DNA of 64,000 bases from Geosiphon pyriformis uo1 (Eukaryota > Fungi > Glomeromycota), in contig JAAOMT010000134.1 in the NCBI GenBank assembly GCA_016748015.1, positions 1,370,757 to 1,434,756 of the forward strand, read 5' to 3'. Shown piece by piece: positions 1-11,387 of this stretch. Within the stretch, counting starts at the first letter, position 1. Each line of letters opens with the position of its first letter. Position numbers and translations under genes: made by a program. Under the pieces are notes generated by a model that saw nothing but the letters and a program-made list of their open reading frames with translations, did not search any database and was not told the origin of the DNA.

Positions 1-952
1 TTTGTTCCGACATTTTCTGATTCTGCCACTTTTGGATGGGGTTGTTGGTGCTGGTTCTCTGTAGGATTATACCTTACAGGGAGCACCAAATGTTACAGAT
101 GACTATTTCTGGTATTGGATTAAATAACAAACTCATAACTTGGTGCTAAAAGTTATTCGCATTGATGTTAATAATCTGAAGGTTTTGTATCTGAAGGTTT
201 TGGTTTGAGTTCTTTGTATAATGGACAGAGATTCAATAGTGGTTTTATCTGTAGCTTCTCAAAATCGCAATTCTGTTAATTTTTCTCTTGGCGTGATAGC
301 CGGCAATTCTCTGGTAAGTATTCCATATCTTCTGTACATGTCCTATCCTTTCACAGGAGTCTTTTACCAGGCAATCTTTAATGTCAGTAATTTAGCACTT
401 TATCTAACCAATTAGTGCACAACAATAAAATCAAGATAAAATAAAGAAAAAAATAAAAGAAAATCATAAATAAGCCAAGACGATTTACAAGTTAGTATTC
501 CATCAATAGCTGTGATCAAGAGCTATTGTTCCAGTGTGGTTAAGTATTAACTACTATCAACATGAAGTGTTAATAGTGGCAGCAGGTTTGAGATAACAAA
601 CAGTTATTTATTTGTGGTTTGGAAAGTTGTCAAGATAAAATCTAAATGGAGAGGTCTGTTTTTTTAGCTTCTAATCATACTGCTATATATACATAATTGA
701 GAATTCTAAATTCCTCAATTCTTCACAACAAGAATCTTGAAATTTCTGGAATTCTGCAATTTCTTTGAAAAGAATCCTGGAATTTTTGAATCCTGCAATT
801 TTTTGTGAGAATCCTGTAATTCCTAGAATCCTGTAATTTCTGAAATCTTGCAATTCCTGAGAGGAATCCTGGAATTCCACATTTTACTATGTCTACTTCT
901 GATTGGTTAATAACTATGCTAATATATATTCTCTATATTTTTATGAGTAACA
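1..952 (-). mobile_element. Gypsy family B copy B1 (5' LTR 91-952, PBS, start of gag; rest lies left of the window), inserted in the RNaseH-integrase spacer of A1
   Basis: TGTTAC...GTAACA termini; matches LTR 25642-26477; PBS at 72-88; flank CTAC at 953-956. Confidence 0.9.
72..88 (-). promoter_or_regulatory. Primer-binding site TGGTGCTCCCTGTAAGG (probably tRNA-Ile(UAU))
   Basis: Starts with TGG, 2 nt inside the LTR; the same motif follows every 5' LTR of both families; tRNA identity inferred from the GAGCA-CCA 3' end of eukaryotic tRNA-Ile(UAU). Confidence 0.8.
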
Positions 953-993
953 CTACTAATAATTAAGTTGGTTTGGTTTGAGAAATTGTACTA

Positions 994-3687
994 TTACTGG
1001 ATGGTAAGTTTAGAGAAAGCATCAGCATTTTGATAATTTGCTCCTTTGCAGTGTTAAATATCATAGTTGAATTTATCCAAGTGGAGTATCCAGCAAGTTA
1101 TTTGTTTGTGTTCTAGCTTTTTTTTATTGCACAGCCAAACCAAGACTTGATGATCTATTACTACTAAGAATTTTACACCAAGAAAATATTGATCTTAGTA
1201 ACTAGTAGTCCAAACTACTGCTAAATACTCTTGTTCAGTAACTGAATAGTTCTTTTCTGCTGGTGTGAGAGATCTACTGACATATGCTATGGCATGTTTT
1301 CCGCCATTTTCATTTTTTTGTGAAAAAACAGCACTAAGTTCATAGCCAGATGTATCAGTATAGAGAATAAAAGATTGGTCCAGATCAGGTTGCTTGAGAA
1401 TTGGTTTAGTAACAAGTTTTTCTTTCAGAATTTTAAAAGCTTTTTGTTGATGAGTGCTTCAGTAATAATTAACATTTTTCCTGAGTAGCTGATTGAGAGG
1501 AAAGGCAATTTTGGAAAAATCCTTAATAAATTTGCAATAGTAAGAAGCCAAACCAAGAAAAAAGTGTAGTTCAGGAACATTTATTAGTTGTCTAATGTTC
1601 TGAACTTTTTTAATTTTAGCTAAGTCAGAGAAGATTTCATTTTTTGTAATAAAATGACCAAGGAACTGGGTGAATTGTTATTCAAAAAAAGATTTGATTA
1701 AGTTGATTTTAAGGCCAGCATTTCTGAGCAGGTCAAAAATCTTTTGTAAATGTTCAAGGTGTTCATCCCAGATTTTTGAATATACCATTATGTCATCTAA
1801 ATAAATCAGAACAAAGTTTTCTTTTACTAATTCAAACACTTTATCTATTAGGCATTGAAAAGTGGGAGGAGCATTGATGAGACCAAAAAGCATGACTGTA
1901 AATTCATAGATGTCATACTTGGTGATGAAGGCAGTTTTTTTTCTACTTTTTGGATCCATCTCTATTTGCCAGAATTTAGCAGTTAAGTTAATGGTTGAGA
2001 AGAAAGCAGCACCATTGAATTTATCTAGCATTGCATCAATTTTGGGAAGTGGGTACATGTCTCTTATAGTGATGACATTTAGTTGGTGGTAGTCAATACA
2101 GAAGCACAGGGTTCCATCTTTCTTGGATACCACTACAACTGGGAAAGCCCATTCACTCTTGGTTTCTTGTATAAATCCAAGATCTTTTATCCAGTTTATC
2201 TTTTTTTTGATGAACTCATCATTGCATCTATTGAATTGATAAGGCTTTAAATAGATGGAACAAGTTTTTTTTGTGGTAATGGTGTGTTGTATCACATGGG
2301 TTTGTCCAGAAGTATCACTTTTTTTTGAGATAATTGGGCTATTTCTAGCCAACAGATTTTCAATGTCCACTTTTCTTTCTTTAGGGGAAGGTTCTCTTTG
2401 TTTTACAACTAATAATTGGATTTCAGGTAGTTTATTCTCAAAAGACTTTTGTATTTCTTTAAGTTTTTCTTGAGGTATCAAGCTAATTGGTTTCTAATCT
2501 TTGTAATAGATTAGGCAGGATTTGCATTCATCACTTGGTGAATACAAAAATTTATTACACCAGCACTGTGTATAAGGACCATGCCATCAATAATTGTATT
2601 TGGCTTTCTTGCCAAGTTTTTTGTCAAAAGTTTTTCTGAGGATATTATAGTAGGGCCAGCAGATTAGCTTGCCATTTACCATAATTCCTTCTTTGTCAGT
2701 TTTAACATTGTCCAGTGGCTTGCCATTGCTGGTGAAAATAGTATAGACAAGTTTAGCAGTTTCTTCTTGTTCTTCTTGATCTTCTTTTTCATTGTTTTCA
2801 TCATTATCTGACTTATCTGATTGTTTTTCTTTTTGGTTTTGTTTGGATACTGGAGGGATTGTCTAATGACAGCACTTAACCATAATAGGTTTCTCACCAC
2901 ATCTGATGGTCAGCTTACAGAGTTCATAATCAAGCAAGGCTTTTGCTTTCTTAAACCATTTATTGGCAACTATTATGGTGTATTCTTTGGCTTCAAATAC
3001 TTCCATATCAGTTTCAATGCTGATGTCATTGATTCGGACAGAAACAGCTTTGGCTATGCCCAGATCTTTCTTCTTGTTACCATGTACATTGGTTATTGGT
3101 TTTGTGGATGGTTCATTAATTTTTCTGCCAATTGCTTCTAAAAAGTGTTTGGCAATAACACTAACAGATGATCTACTGTTTAGGATCAGATCAATAAAAT
3201 AACCAGCCACTTGGGCTTTACAAATAAGAGGAGTAATATTGCTGTTGTTAGCAAGTTTAGCTTGATGTGAATGTTTGTTGGTCTTTGGTGTCATTTTTTT
3301 GGATATTAATGATTTATGAAGATCTTTTCTGAACTGTAGGTGGGTCATTAGTTGACCAAATGTAATATGTACTGGGATTTTCATGAGATCTTTAACAACA
3401 AAATAAAAACCAGATTTTTGTATTATTTCTGGGGGTTCTAACTTTGGAAGATTCTTGAAAACTTTGGCCTTTGGTGGCTCATTGTTATCAGCAAATGATT
3501 TGAATGCTTTGTTTGAGTCCAAGACGAAATCAACCTTGGCTTTCTTCTTTTTTTTGGTTGATTCAGAGGTGTTGATTGCTAGTTTATCCATATCATGATC
3601 ATCATTAGTTAGATTAAAAGCATAAAAAGAGTTTTCTTCTGGTTGGCTTGCACTTTTATCTTTTGGAGGTGCATCTATCAGTTTAAA
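994..3687 (-). pseudogene. pol: A1 pol (protease-RT-RNase H), stop-interrupted
   Basis: ORF 2863-3591 (ILNSRSS = decayed DSG protease site) and ORF 1678-2481 (FCIDYHQLN, YPLP, YLDD); ends TAA TAG. Confidence 0.93.
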
Positions 3688-5228
3688 GGCTAATAAACAG
3701 TGGCTTCAACTAAGAGATCTTCTTCAAAAAAATTGATGTTAGCATGATTGGGTCTTTGATTAGGAACATTGTTGTTGATGGTTTTGTTGTTTTGATTGTT
3801 ATTGTTTCTAGAAGCTGGAGAAGGCAGGAGAGGATTGTTACAGTCTCTTGAGAAGTGTTCAATTAGTCCATAGTGATAGCATACAGGTGGGCCGCAATTT
3901 TGCTGTCTTTAATATGGTGGTTGTTGGGGCTAATTGAAGTGGAGTTCAAATCTAGATTTTTCGGATTGTTGATTTTTTTTAACAGCTTGGGCTAAGAGTT
4001 CCAGTAACTAGACAAGATTAGCTGTGAGTTTATCTATTAACTGTTTATTTGGGTCTTGAGTTTGGGTAGCAAAAGAGGCAGCAGCCATTTGTGAAGCAAA
4101 AGCCATGGCAGAAGCAGGAGCAAAAACTGGAAGTGTAAATTCCAAATGCATCCTTTGGTTATCTTCAATTTTTTGTGCCAGTTTAATAGCCATGTCCATT
4201 GTTGGGTTGTCTTTTAAAGCCAAGAGAGGCCAAAGAGTATATGATAGATTAGTTCTCAGTTCTTTTGTGAAAGAATGTATTTTTTGCTTTTCTGTTCAAT
4301 TTCTTCCAGAGTCTACTCATTTAATGAGTTTTCTTATTGCTTTGGCATATTCTGTCACAACCTTATCAGGGCCTTGAATTCTCCTTTCTAATTCCATATG
4401 CCATTTTGAGATTAAGATAGGAGTTCTAAATTTAGTTTCAAACTGGGTTGTAAAAGAGGTGTTTTCTTTTCCAACATTAGTTGGTGTCCATCTAATTATT
4501 CAGTGTTGAGCATTGGCATCTGTTTCTTGTGAGAACCAGATAGCAGGAGAGCCTTGAAGATAGCCACCAATGATTTGGAACTTGTATTCTTTATCATACT
4601 GGTTGGCTGTAACAGCTCTCTCAAAATTATCCAACCATTCAATTAGATCTTGTGCATCATCTTTAAATAGTAGTAGTGGGGTATTGTTTTTTTTTCTTAG
4701 AGCAGTTTGCATATCTTGGAGAGTGGCCAGAATGTTTGCTTGTATGGGATCATTAGCCATTGGTTCAGGGATAACTGTTTGTGTAGATGAGTCTGATTCA
4801 CTTAATAAAAAGTCAAAAACAGAGACAGTTTGATAGCTTTCTTCTTTTGTTTTAAAAAAAGTTTCAGTTGCTTAATGGGCAGCAATCCAAATGTGGATTT
4901 AATAATTCAGATATTCGGAATTAAAGGGCTGTTGTTCAAAAGTTGTGAAGTATAAAAGTTGATTGATGCTGTTGTTTCTTTTTTCAAAGTTGTCTTCAAA
5001 ATAAGTTTAATCAAAGTAATAAGTTGTATAGACTGTGTAGATTTCAGCTGAATGCTTGTTCAGAAACCAGTTCCAAAAATCTTAGAATTGTCTATTGGAT
5101 TGATCTTTAATAGAGAAGCAAATCAAGCAGGAGGGCAAAGGATTGAGTTCAATAAAGTCTAGATTGTTTTTGTTGTATGCTTCAAAGTGTTCTTCTGATT
5201 ATTGTGGCAGGTATAAATAATAACCCAT
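3675..5228 (-). pseudogene. gag: A1 gag
   Basis: Capsid-like EWLDNFERA..AN (ORF 4500-4760); decayed CCHC knuckle near 3840-3885; colinear with A3 gag. Confidence 0.88.
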
Positions 5229-6716
5229 ACAATAAGAAACAGAGTGAATTTTGACAATCTTACAGAGAGCACCACTTTTATGTTATGGATTGGAGTAACA
5301 AGTTAATGGATAGCAAGGGAGAACAGGATTGTAGGGTGATGAAAATAATCAAAGGGAATTCAACTTCAAAGAGCAAATTAAATAAGTATGGATTCAATGT
5401 ACGAGATCAGTCTTATAAAATATCTCAGTCACTATTTTTTTTAAAAAGTAACTGGAGAATCTGAAGGTAGAGGAATAGTCCATACTGTTAACAAATGATT
5501 ATGCCTGGTATAATTCTATGCCTCATGTCAGCACTCTTAGAATTTAATATTAAGTATTAGATGTGCTCTTCAGTCATGTTTTATTCAATAATCTTTAAAT
5601 ACTACACTTATACATTTCAGAAAAAAAGTAAGAATTAACCAACAAGTAATCTTTTATTCCAAGATGTTCAGATACTTGAAGGTAGAGAAAGAGAAAATTA
5701 GTGATAAGAGAAGAATTAAGATGAAAGTTGTTATTTTATTTATTCTTAATTATTTTGAACATGCTTTTCTATAGCTAAGAAATTCATTGCATATATAGTT
5801 GTCAAAAGTGGTTAATGATCAGGTCAACAACTAAGTCAATGATCAGGTCAATGGTCAGGTCATTGATTAAGTCAATGATTGTTATCTAAAAATAGTGTGG
5901 TTAATACATGTGATAATTAATAAGAAGTATAAGTTTCAATCATAACAATAGTGTTATTGTTGAAACTTATACTTCTTATTAATTATCACATGTATTAACC
6001 ATTGATGTTATATAAATTAGCCACACTATTTTTAAAAAATGATTATTAATCTAATTATTGACCTGATCATTAACTTGATTATTGACCTTATTATTAATCT
6101 GATCATTGATCTAGTTATTGATCTAATCATTGACTACTTTTGATAGCTATATAAGTGATGAATTTTTTAACTGTAAAAAAGCATGTAGAAATTAAGGAAA
6201 TAAAAAAAATAAAATAACAACTTTATCTCAATTCTTCTCTTATCACTAATTTCTCTTTTCCTACCTTCAAGTATTTGAACATCTTAGAATAAAAAATTAT
6301 TTGTTGGTTATTTCTTACTCTTTTTTTGAAACATGTAATTACAGCATTTGAAGATTATTGAATAAAATGTAACTGAAGAGTACATCTGATACCTGATATT
6401 GAATTCTAAAAACACCAATGTGAAGCATAAAATTATACTAGTGTGTGATCATTTGTTGACAATACAGACTATCTCTCTACTTTTAGATTTCTGGTTATCC
6501 TTGAAAAGTATAGTGACTGAAATATTTTATGAGATTAATCTTGTACAATAAATTCATACTTATTCAATTCACTCTTTAAAGTTGAAATCTCTTTGATTCC
6601 TTTTATTACTCTACAATCCTGTTTATTCTTGCTATCCATTAGCTTGTTACTCCAACCTGTAACATAAAAGTAGTGCTTCTTGTGAAGTTGTCAAAATTCA
6701 TTTTGTTTCCTATTGT

Positions 6717-8049
6717 ATGGGTGATTATTTATACCTGCCACAACAATCAGAAGAACACTTTGAAGCACACAACAAAAACAATCTAGACTTTATTAAACTT
6801 AATCCTTTGCTCTCCTGCTTGATTTGCTTCTCTATTGAAAAACAATCTAGCAGATAATTCCAAGACTTTTGAAACTGGTTCCTAAACAAATATTTAGCTA
6901 AAACTTATACAGTTTATACAACCTATTATTTTGACCAAGCTTATTTTGAAGACAACTTTGAAGAAAAAAACAACAATATCAATCAGCTCTTATATTCTAT
7001 AATCTTTGAACAACAGCCTCCTGATTTCAAATATCTGAATCATTAAATCCACATTTGGATTACTGTTCATCAATTAACTAAAACTTCCCTTGAAACAGAA
7101 AAAGAAAGCTATCAAACCACTTCCATTTTTAATCTTTTTTCAAGTGAATCAGAACACTTTACACAAACAGTTATACCTAAACCAATGGTTCAAGACCCTC
7201 TGCAACAAAACATTTTGATTGCTTTTCAAAGTATACCAACTGCTTTAGGGCAAAAAAACAACACACCATTACCATTATTCAGAGATAATACTCAAGATTC
7301 AATTGAATGGTTAGATGACTTTGAGAGAGCTGCCACAGCAAACCAATATGATAATGAATACAAGTTTTAAATCATTAGTGGTTACCTTCAAGGCTCTCTT
7401 GCTACTTGGTTTTCACAAAAAACCAATGCTAATGCTTAGCAAAGAATCATTAGATGGACACCAGCAAATGCTGGAGAAGATAATACTTCTTTTACTACTT
7501 AGTTTGAAACAAAATTTAGAATTCTTATCTTGATATTCAAATGGCACATAGAATTGGAAAAAAGAACCCAAGGCCCAGGAGAAATAGTAACTGAATATGC
7601 TTGCTCCTGCTTCTGTCATGGCTCCAGCTTCACAAATGGTTGCTATCTCTTTTGCCACTTACACTCAAGACCCCAATAAACAATTAATAGACAGATTTAC
7701 TGCTAACCTTGCTTGGCTATTAAAATCATTAGCTCAAGCAGTCAGAGACAACTAGCAACTTCAAAGACCCAGATTTGAACCCCATTTTAATCAGCACCAA
7801 CAACTACCATATCAAAGACAACAAAATTGTGGTCCACTTATATGCTATTACTGTGAACTAACTGGACACTTTTCCAGAGACTGCAACAATTCTTTATTGC
7901 CTTTTTCAGTTCCTAAAAATAATGACATCCAGAATAACAAACTTAACAATAATAATGTTCTCAATCAAAGACCCAATCATGTCAACATTAATTTCTTTGG
8001 AGAGGATCCCTTAGTTAAAGCTACTGTTTATCAATTTTTAAACTGGTGG
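6717..8049 (+). pseudogene. gag: A2 gag with ~220-bp internal deletion near 7600
   Basis: ATG GGT GAT start; ORFs 7185-7370 and 7897-8085; CYYCELTGHFSRDC knuckle. Confidence 0.87.
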
Positions 8050-8521
8050 GTGTATTTCCAAAGAGTAAAAGTGCAAGCCAATTAGAAAAAAATCTCTTTT
8101 TTGCTTTTAACCTAACTAATAACAATCATAATATGAATGAACTGGCAATTAATACCTTTGACTTGACAAGAAAGAAAAAGAAAACTAAGGTTGATTTTAT
8201 TCTAGATTCCAACAAAGCCTTAACTTCCACCACTGACAACAATAAGCCATCAAAGACTAAAGTTTTTAAAAATTCTCCAAAGTTGGAACCTCCAAAAATA
8301 GTACAAAAATCTGGCCCCTACTCTGTTGTTAAAGATCTCATGAAAACCCCAGCACACATTACATTTGGCCAACTAATGACCCATTCACAGTTTAGAAAAG
8401 ACCTTTGCAAATTATTGATACTAAAGAAAAAAACACCAAAAACTAACAAGCATTCTTATCAAGCTAGACTTGCTGACAACAGCAATGTTACTCCTCTAAT
8501 TTGCAAAGCCTAAGTGGCTGG
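8037..8521 (+). pseudogene. pol: A2 pol, N-terminal part (up to the B2 insertion)
   Basis: ORF 8046-8513 matches ORF 13494-13985; begins at TTTAAAC 8037-8043. Confidence 0.85.
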
Positions 8522-9309
8522 TGTTACAAGTAATTATTTCTGGTGTTGAATTAAATAACAAATCTGTAACTTGGTGCTAAAAGTTATTCGTGTTGATGTT
8601 ATTAATCTGAAGGTTTTGTATCTAAAGGTTTCAGTTTGAGTTTTTTGTATTGTTACGGGTTGGAGTAACAAGCTAACGAATAGCAAGGGAGAACAGTATT
8701 GTATGGTGATGGAAATAAACAAAGAAGGAATTACAATAAGGAAGCAAATTGAATAAGTAGGAATTCAATATGCATAATCAGTCTTATAAAAATCACAGTC
8801 GCTAATCTTTTCTTAAATTTGAAGGTAGAGGAATAGTCCGTGATTGTCAACAAGATAACACCACTGCTATTATTCTATGCCTCAACTTGGCGATTCTTAG
8901 AATCAATAACAGGTATCATTGTACTTTTCAATCGTTTTTTTATTCAATAAATTACAAGAGCAAGCCAATTGCTTCTCAGGCTAATTCTAACAAATACAAA
9001 TCAAAAAGAGAAAAAGATAAGGTATGTAAATGCCAACAAGTAGATACTTGAAGGTAAAAAAAGGGGAATAAGCAATTATGAGAGGAAGTAATTGATATTG
9101 TTTATTTCGTTACTTTGATCATGTTTTTTTACAGCTAAGGGAATTATTGCTTATATAGCTATCTAAAGTGGTCAATAACCAAATCAACGATCAGGTCAAT
9201 AATCAGGTCAACAATCAGGTCAATAATCAGGTCATTGATCAGATCAATGATCACTATCTAAAAATAGGGTGGCTAATTATATGACATCAGTGGCTAATAC
9301 ATGTGATAA

Positions 9310-9966
9310 TTAATAAAAACTATGTGTTTTAACCATAACATTATCCTTTCCAAAGAGATTGAGCTCTGGCAAAATCAAACTATTTATGGGATAGTCTATG
9401 TGAAAGGTTTTGTTTAACTCAAAACTAACTAGTTTGTTGAAGTCTTTTGTGGATAGAGTATATAGTACTTGAGACAAAATAAGCTTTGTATCCAAGAAAC
9501 CAAATCTTTGTATAAGAGTTCTGGCTCTTCTAGCAATGGTCAAAACTCTTGGGACATCCAATCGTATAATGCCCAAAATTTCCACTTGTATCTCTGAAGT
9601 TGTTTTCTTCATGAGCTTCATGTCTTTTATGATTTTACCAAGATGACCATAGAGTTCTAGTTGTCTTCCATATGACAAGTTTTTGTCTATGGGCAAGATT
9701 TCTTGTATTGTTTTTCCAATTGTGCTGGAAGGTGAAAGTATTGCTACTGTTATGCTTTCCAGCAGGTATTTATCCATTTTGCCACCAATTCTTTCTCTTC
9801 TGGTAGTTGTTTTCTTTGGTCTAATAACAGTGTGAGTTTTACTGTTGTCTGTTATAGTGGTTTGTTTTCTGATAGTCAGAGTAGCATTTGGATAGTTCTT
9901 GATCCAATACTCATGGAGAGTATAGAAAGTGTTTTGAATGTTTTAATCCAGGAAATAATTGTTCAT
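9310..9966 (-). pseudogene. A3 ORF3, ~218-aa protein of unknown function; runs through the PPT and ends 30 nt inside the 3' LTR
   Basis: ATG 9966 is in frame with ORF 9310-9777 (one CAA>TAA stop between); same ORF in A2, A4, A5. Confidence 0.8.
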
Positions 9967-10007
9967 GTCGATTGAAGATACCTCTGTTTTGGGAATGATG
10001 CATTTAT

Positions 10008-11321
10008 TTATATCTGATTTTTGCTGATTATTTGGGTTGGTATTACCACAACAGGTAACCAATCAGGTCGTTTGTGATATTTCTTGAGTCACATGCCATG
10101 AACAGGACGATTACTGAATATTGTTCCATATTGATCTTGTAAGATATAAGAACTATTGTTCAAAACTTTGTTGACTATAAAGAGTCTTTTCCATCGGCTA
10201 GAGAATTTATCACTATAGACATTGTTTCTGTCTGAACGGTATTCCAAAACTAAGTCATCAACACTTAAGAAAAGTGTTTTATAAGTCTTTTTCTTTTTGA
10301 GCTTCTCTTGGAATTGTTTTATCTTTTCAAAGGCAATTATTCGTGCTTCTACCAATGAGTCAAGAATAGTACCAAGTCTTCTTTGCAAAATGTCCTTGTA
10401 ATTTCCTATTGTTATTTCTTCAAAAGGTATTGTTTCTATATCCATTTTTATTGGTAAAGTTGCCATTTATCCATAGAGCAGATAAAAGGGTTCATAACTT
10501 GTTATGTCATGATTCACAGTTCTGTAAGCAAACAAAGCTGAAGGCAACATTTTGCCCCATAGGTTGGTTTCTTCACTGGTTTTGGCTAGGGTTTCACATA
10601 GTGTTCTATTAAAATGTTCCACTAGGCCATTTGTTTGGGGATGATAAGGAGAAGAGAGTTTATGACATATTCCCATTTTTCTGCAAAGTTCTTCAACCAG
10701 TGTACTGAGAAAAGCTCTTCCTCTATCAGATAAAAGTTCTTTGGGGCAGCTGTAGTGACAGATAATATCTTCATAAATGAAATTGGCAATTGAGACTGCT
10801 GTTTGATCTGGGGTGGCTCTTGTTTCTACCCACTTTGTAAGATAGTCGGTAGCTGTGATAATGTATCTGTTGCCATCAGGAGTTACTGTTAAAGGTCCAA
10901 CAACATATATACCAATTTTATTAAATGGTTAACCAACAAAAATTGGATGGATATCTTCCTTGCGATTGGGTTTTCCTCTTCTTTGGCAGGTATTACAGGT
11001 TTTAATGTATTCAGCAATGTCTTTTCCCAAGGTAGACCAATAATAGCAAGCTAAAGTTTTCTGAATTGTTTTTGTTTTTCCAAAGTGTCCAGCTAATGGA
11101 TCAGTGTGCATATTGTAGATCACAATTTCTCTTTCTTCAAATCTAATGACTTTCTGGGGGCGGTTAGGATCTTTTCTATTTCTTTTATATAACTGGTTCT
11201 GACAAATCAAATAGAAATTTCATTGTTTGTGCAAATGTTCTCTTTGCTGTCAAGTATAGTCCAGCAGGTATTGTCCTTTACCCAAAAATTTCATTAAAGC
11301 AGAGTAGTTGTTTAAGTTCAT
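10008..11321 (-). pseudogene. A3 integrase, stand-alone ORF (~437 aa)
   Basis: Own ATG at 11321; HHCC (HTDPLAGHFG..CNTC), LSDRG, QTNGLVEHFNRTL, decayed GPF/Y motif; ORFs 10929-11210, 10467-10676 and 10089-10466 share one frame. Confidence 0.92.
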
Positions 11322-11387
11322 TATCGTGTTTGTTTGTGGGGGAAGTTACAAATAATTAAGTTGGTTTGGTTTGAGAGGGTTTTACTA

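Larger units (their letters stand above)
953..5947 (-). mobile_element. Gypsy family A copy A1 (5' LTR 5281-5947, gag, pol; interrupted by B1)
   Basis: LTR matches 15675-16376; PBS at ~5258-5274; gag and pol colinear with A3. Confidence 0.93.

Noticed and set aside
7590-7610. ~220-bp gap in A2 gag as a spliced-out intron
   Set aside because: Unique to this copy, and the missing segment lacks GT-AG ends; a simple deletion.
8534-8722. ORF across the A3/B2 LTR junction, and the LTR-derived N-terminus of ORF 26414-27097
   Set aside because: Chimeric frames created by insertion junctions.
9310-9966. ORF3 as an envelope gene
   Set aside because: Too short; no signal peptide, transmembrane segment or Cys pattern.
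10008-10100. Chromodomain at the integrase C-terminus
   Set aside because: Integrase ends shortly after the GPF/Y and LK.Y region in both families; no chromodomain motif.
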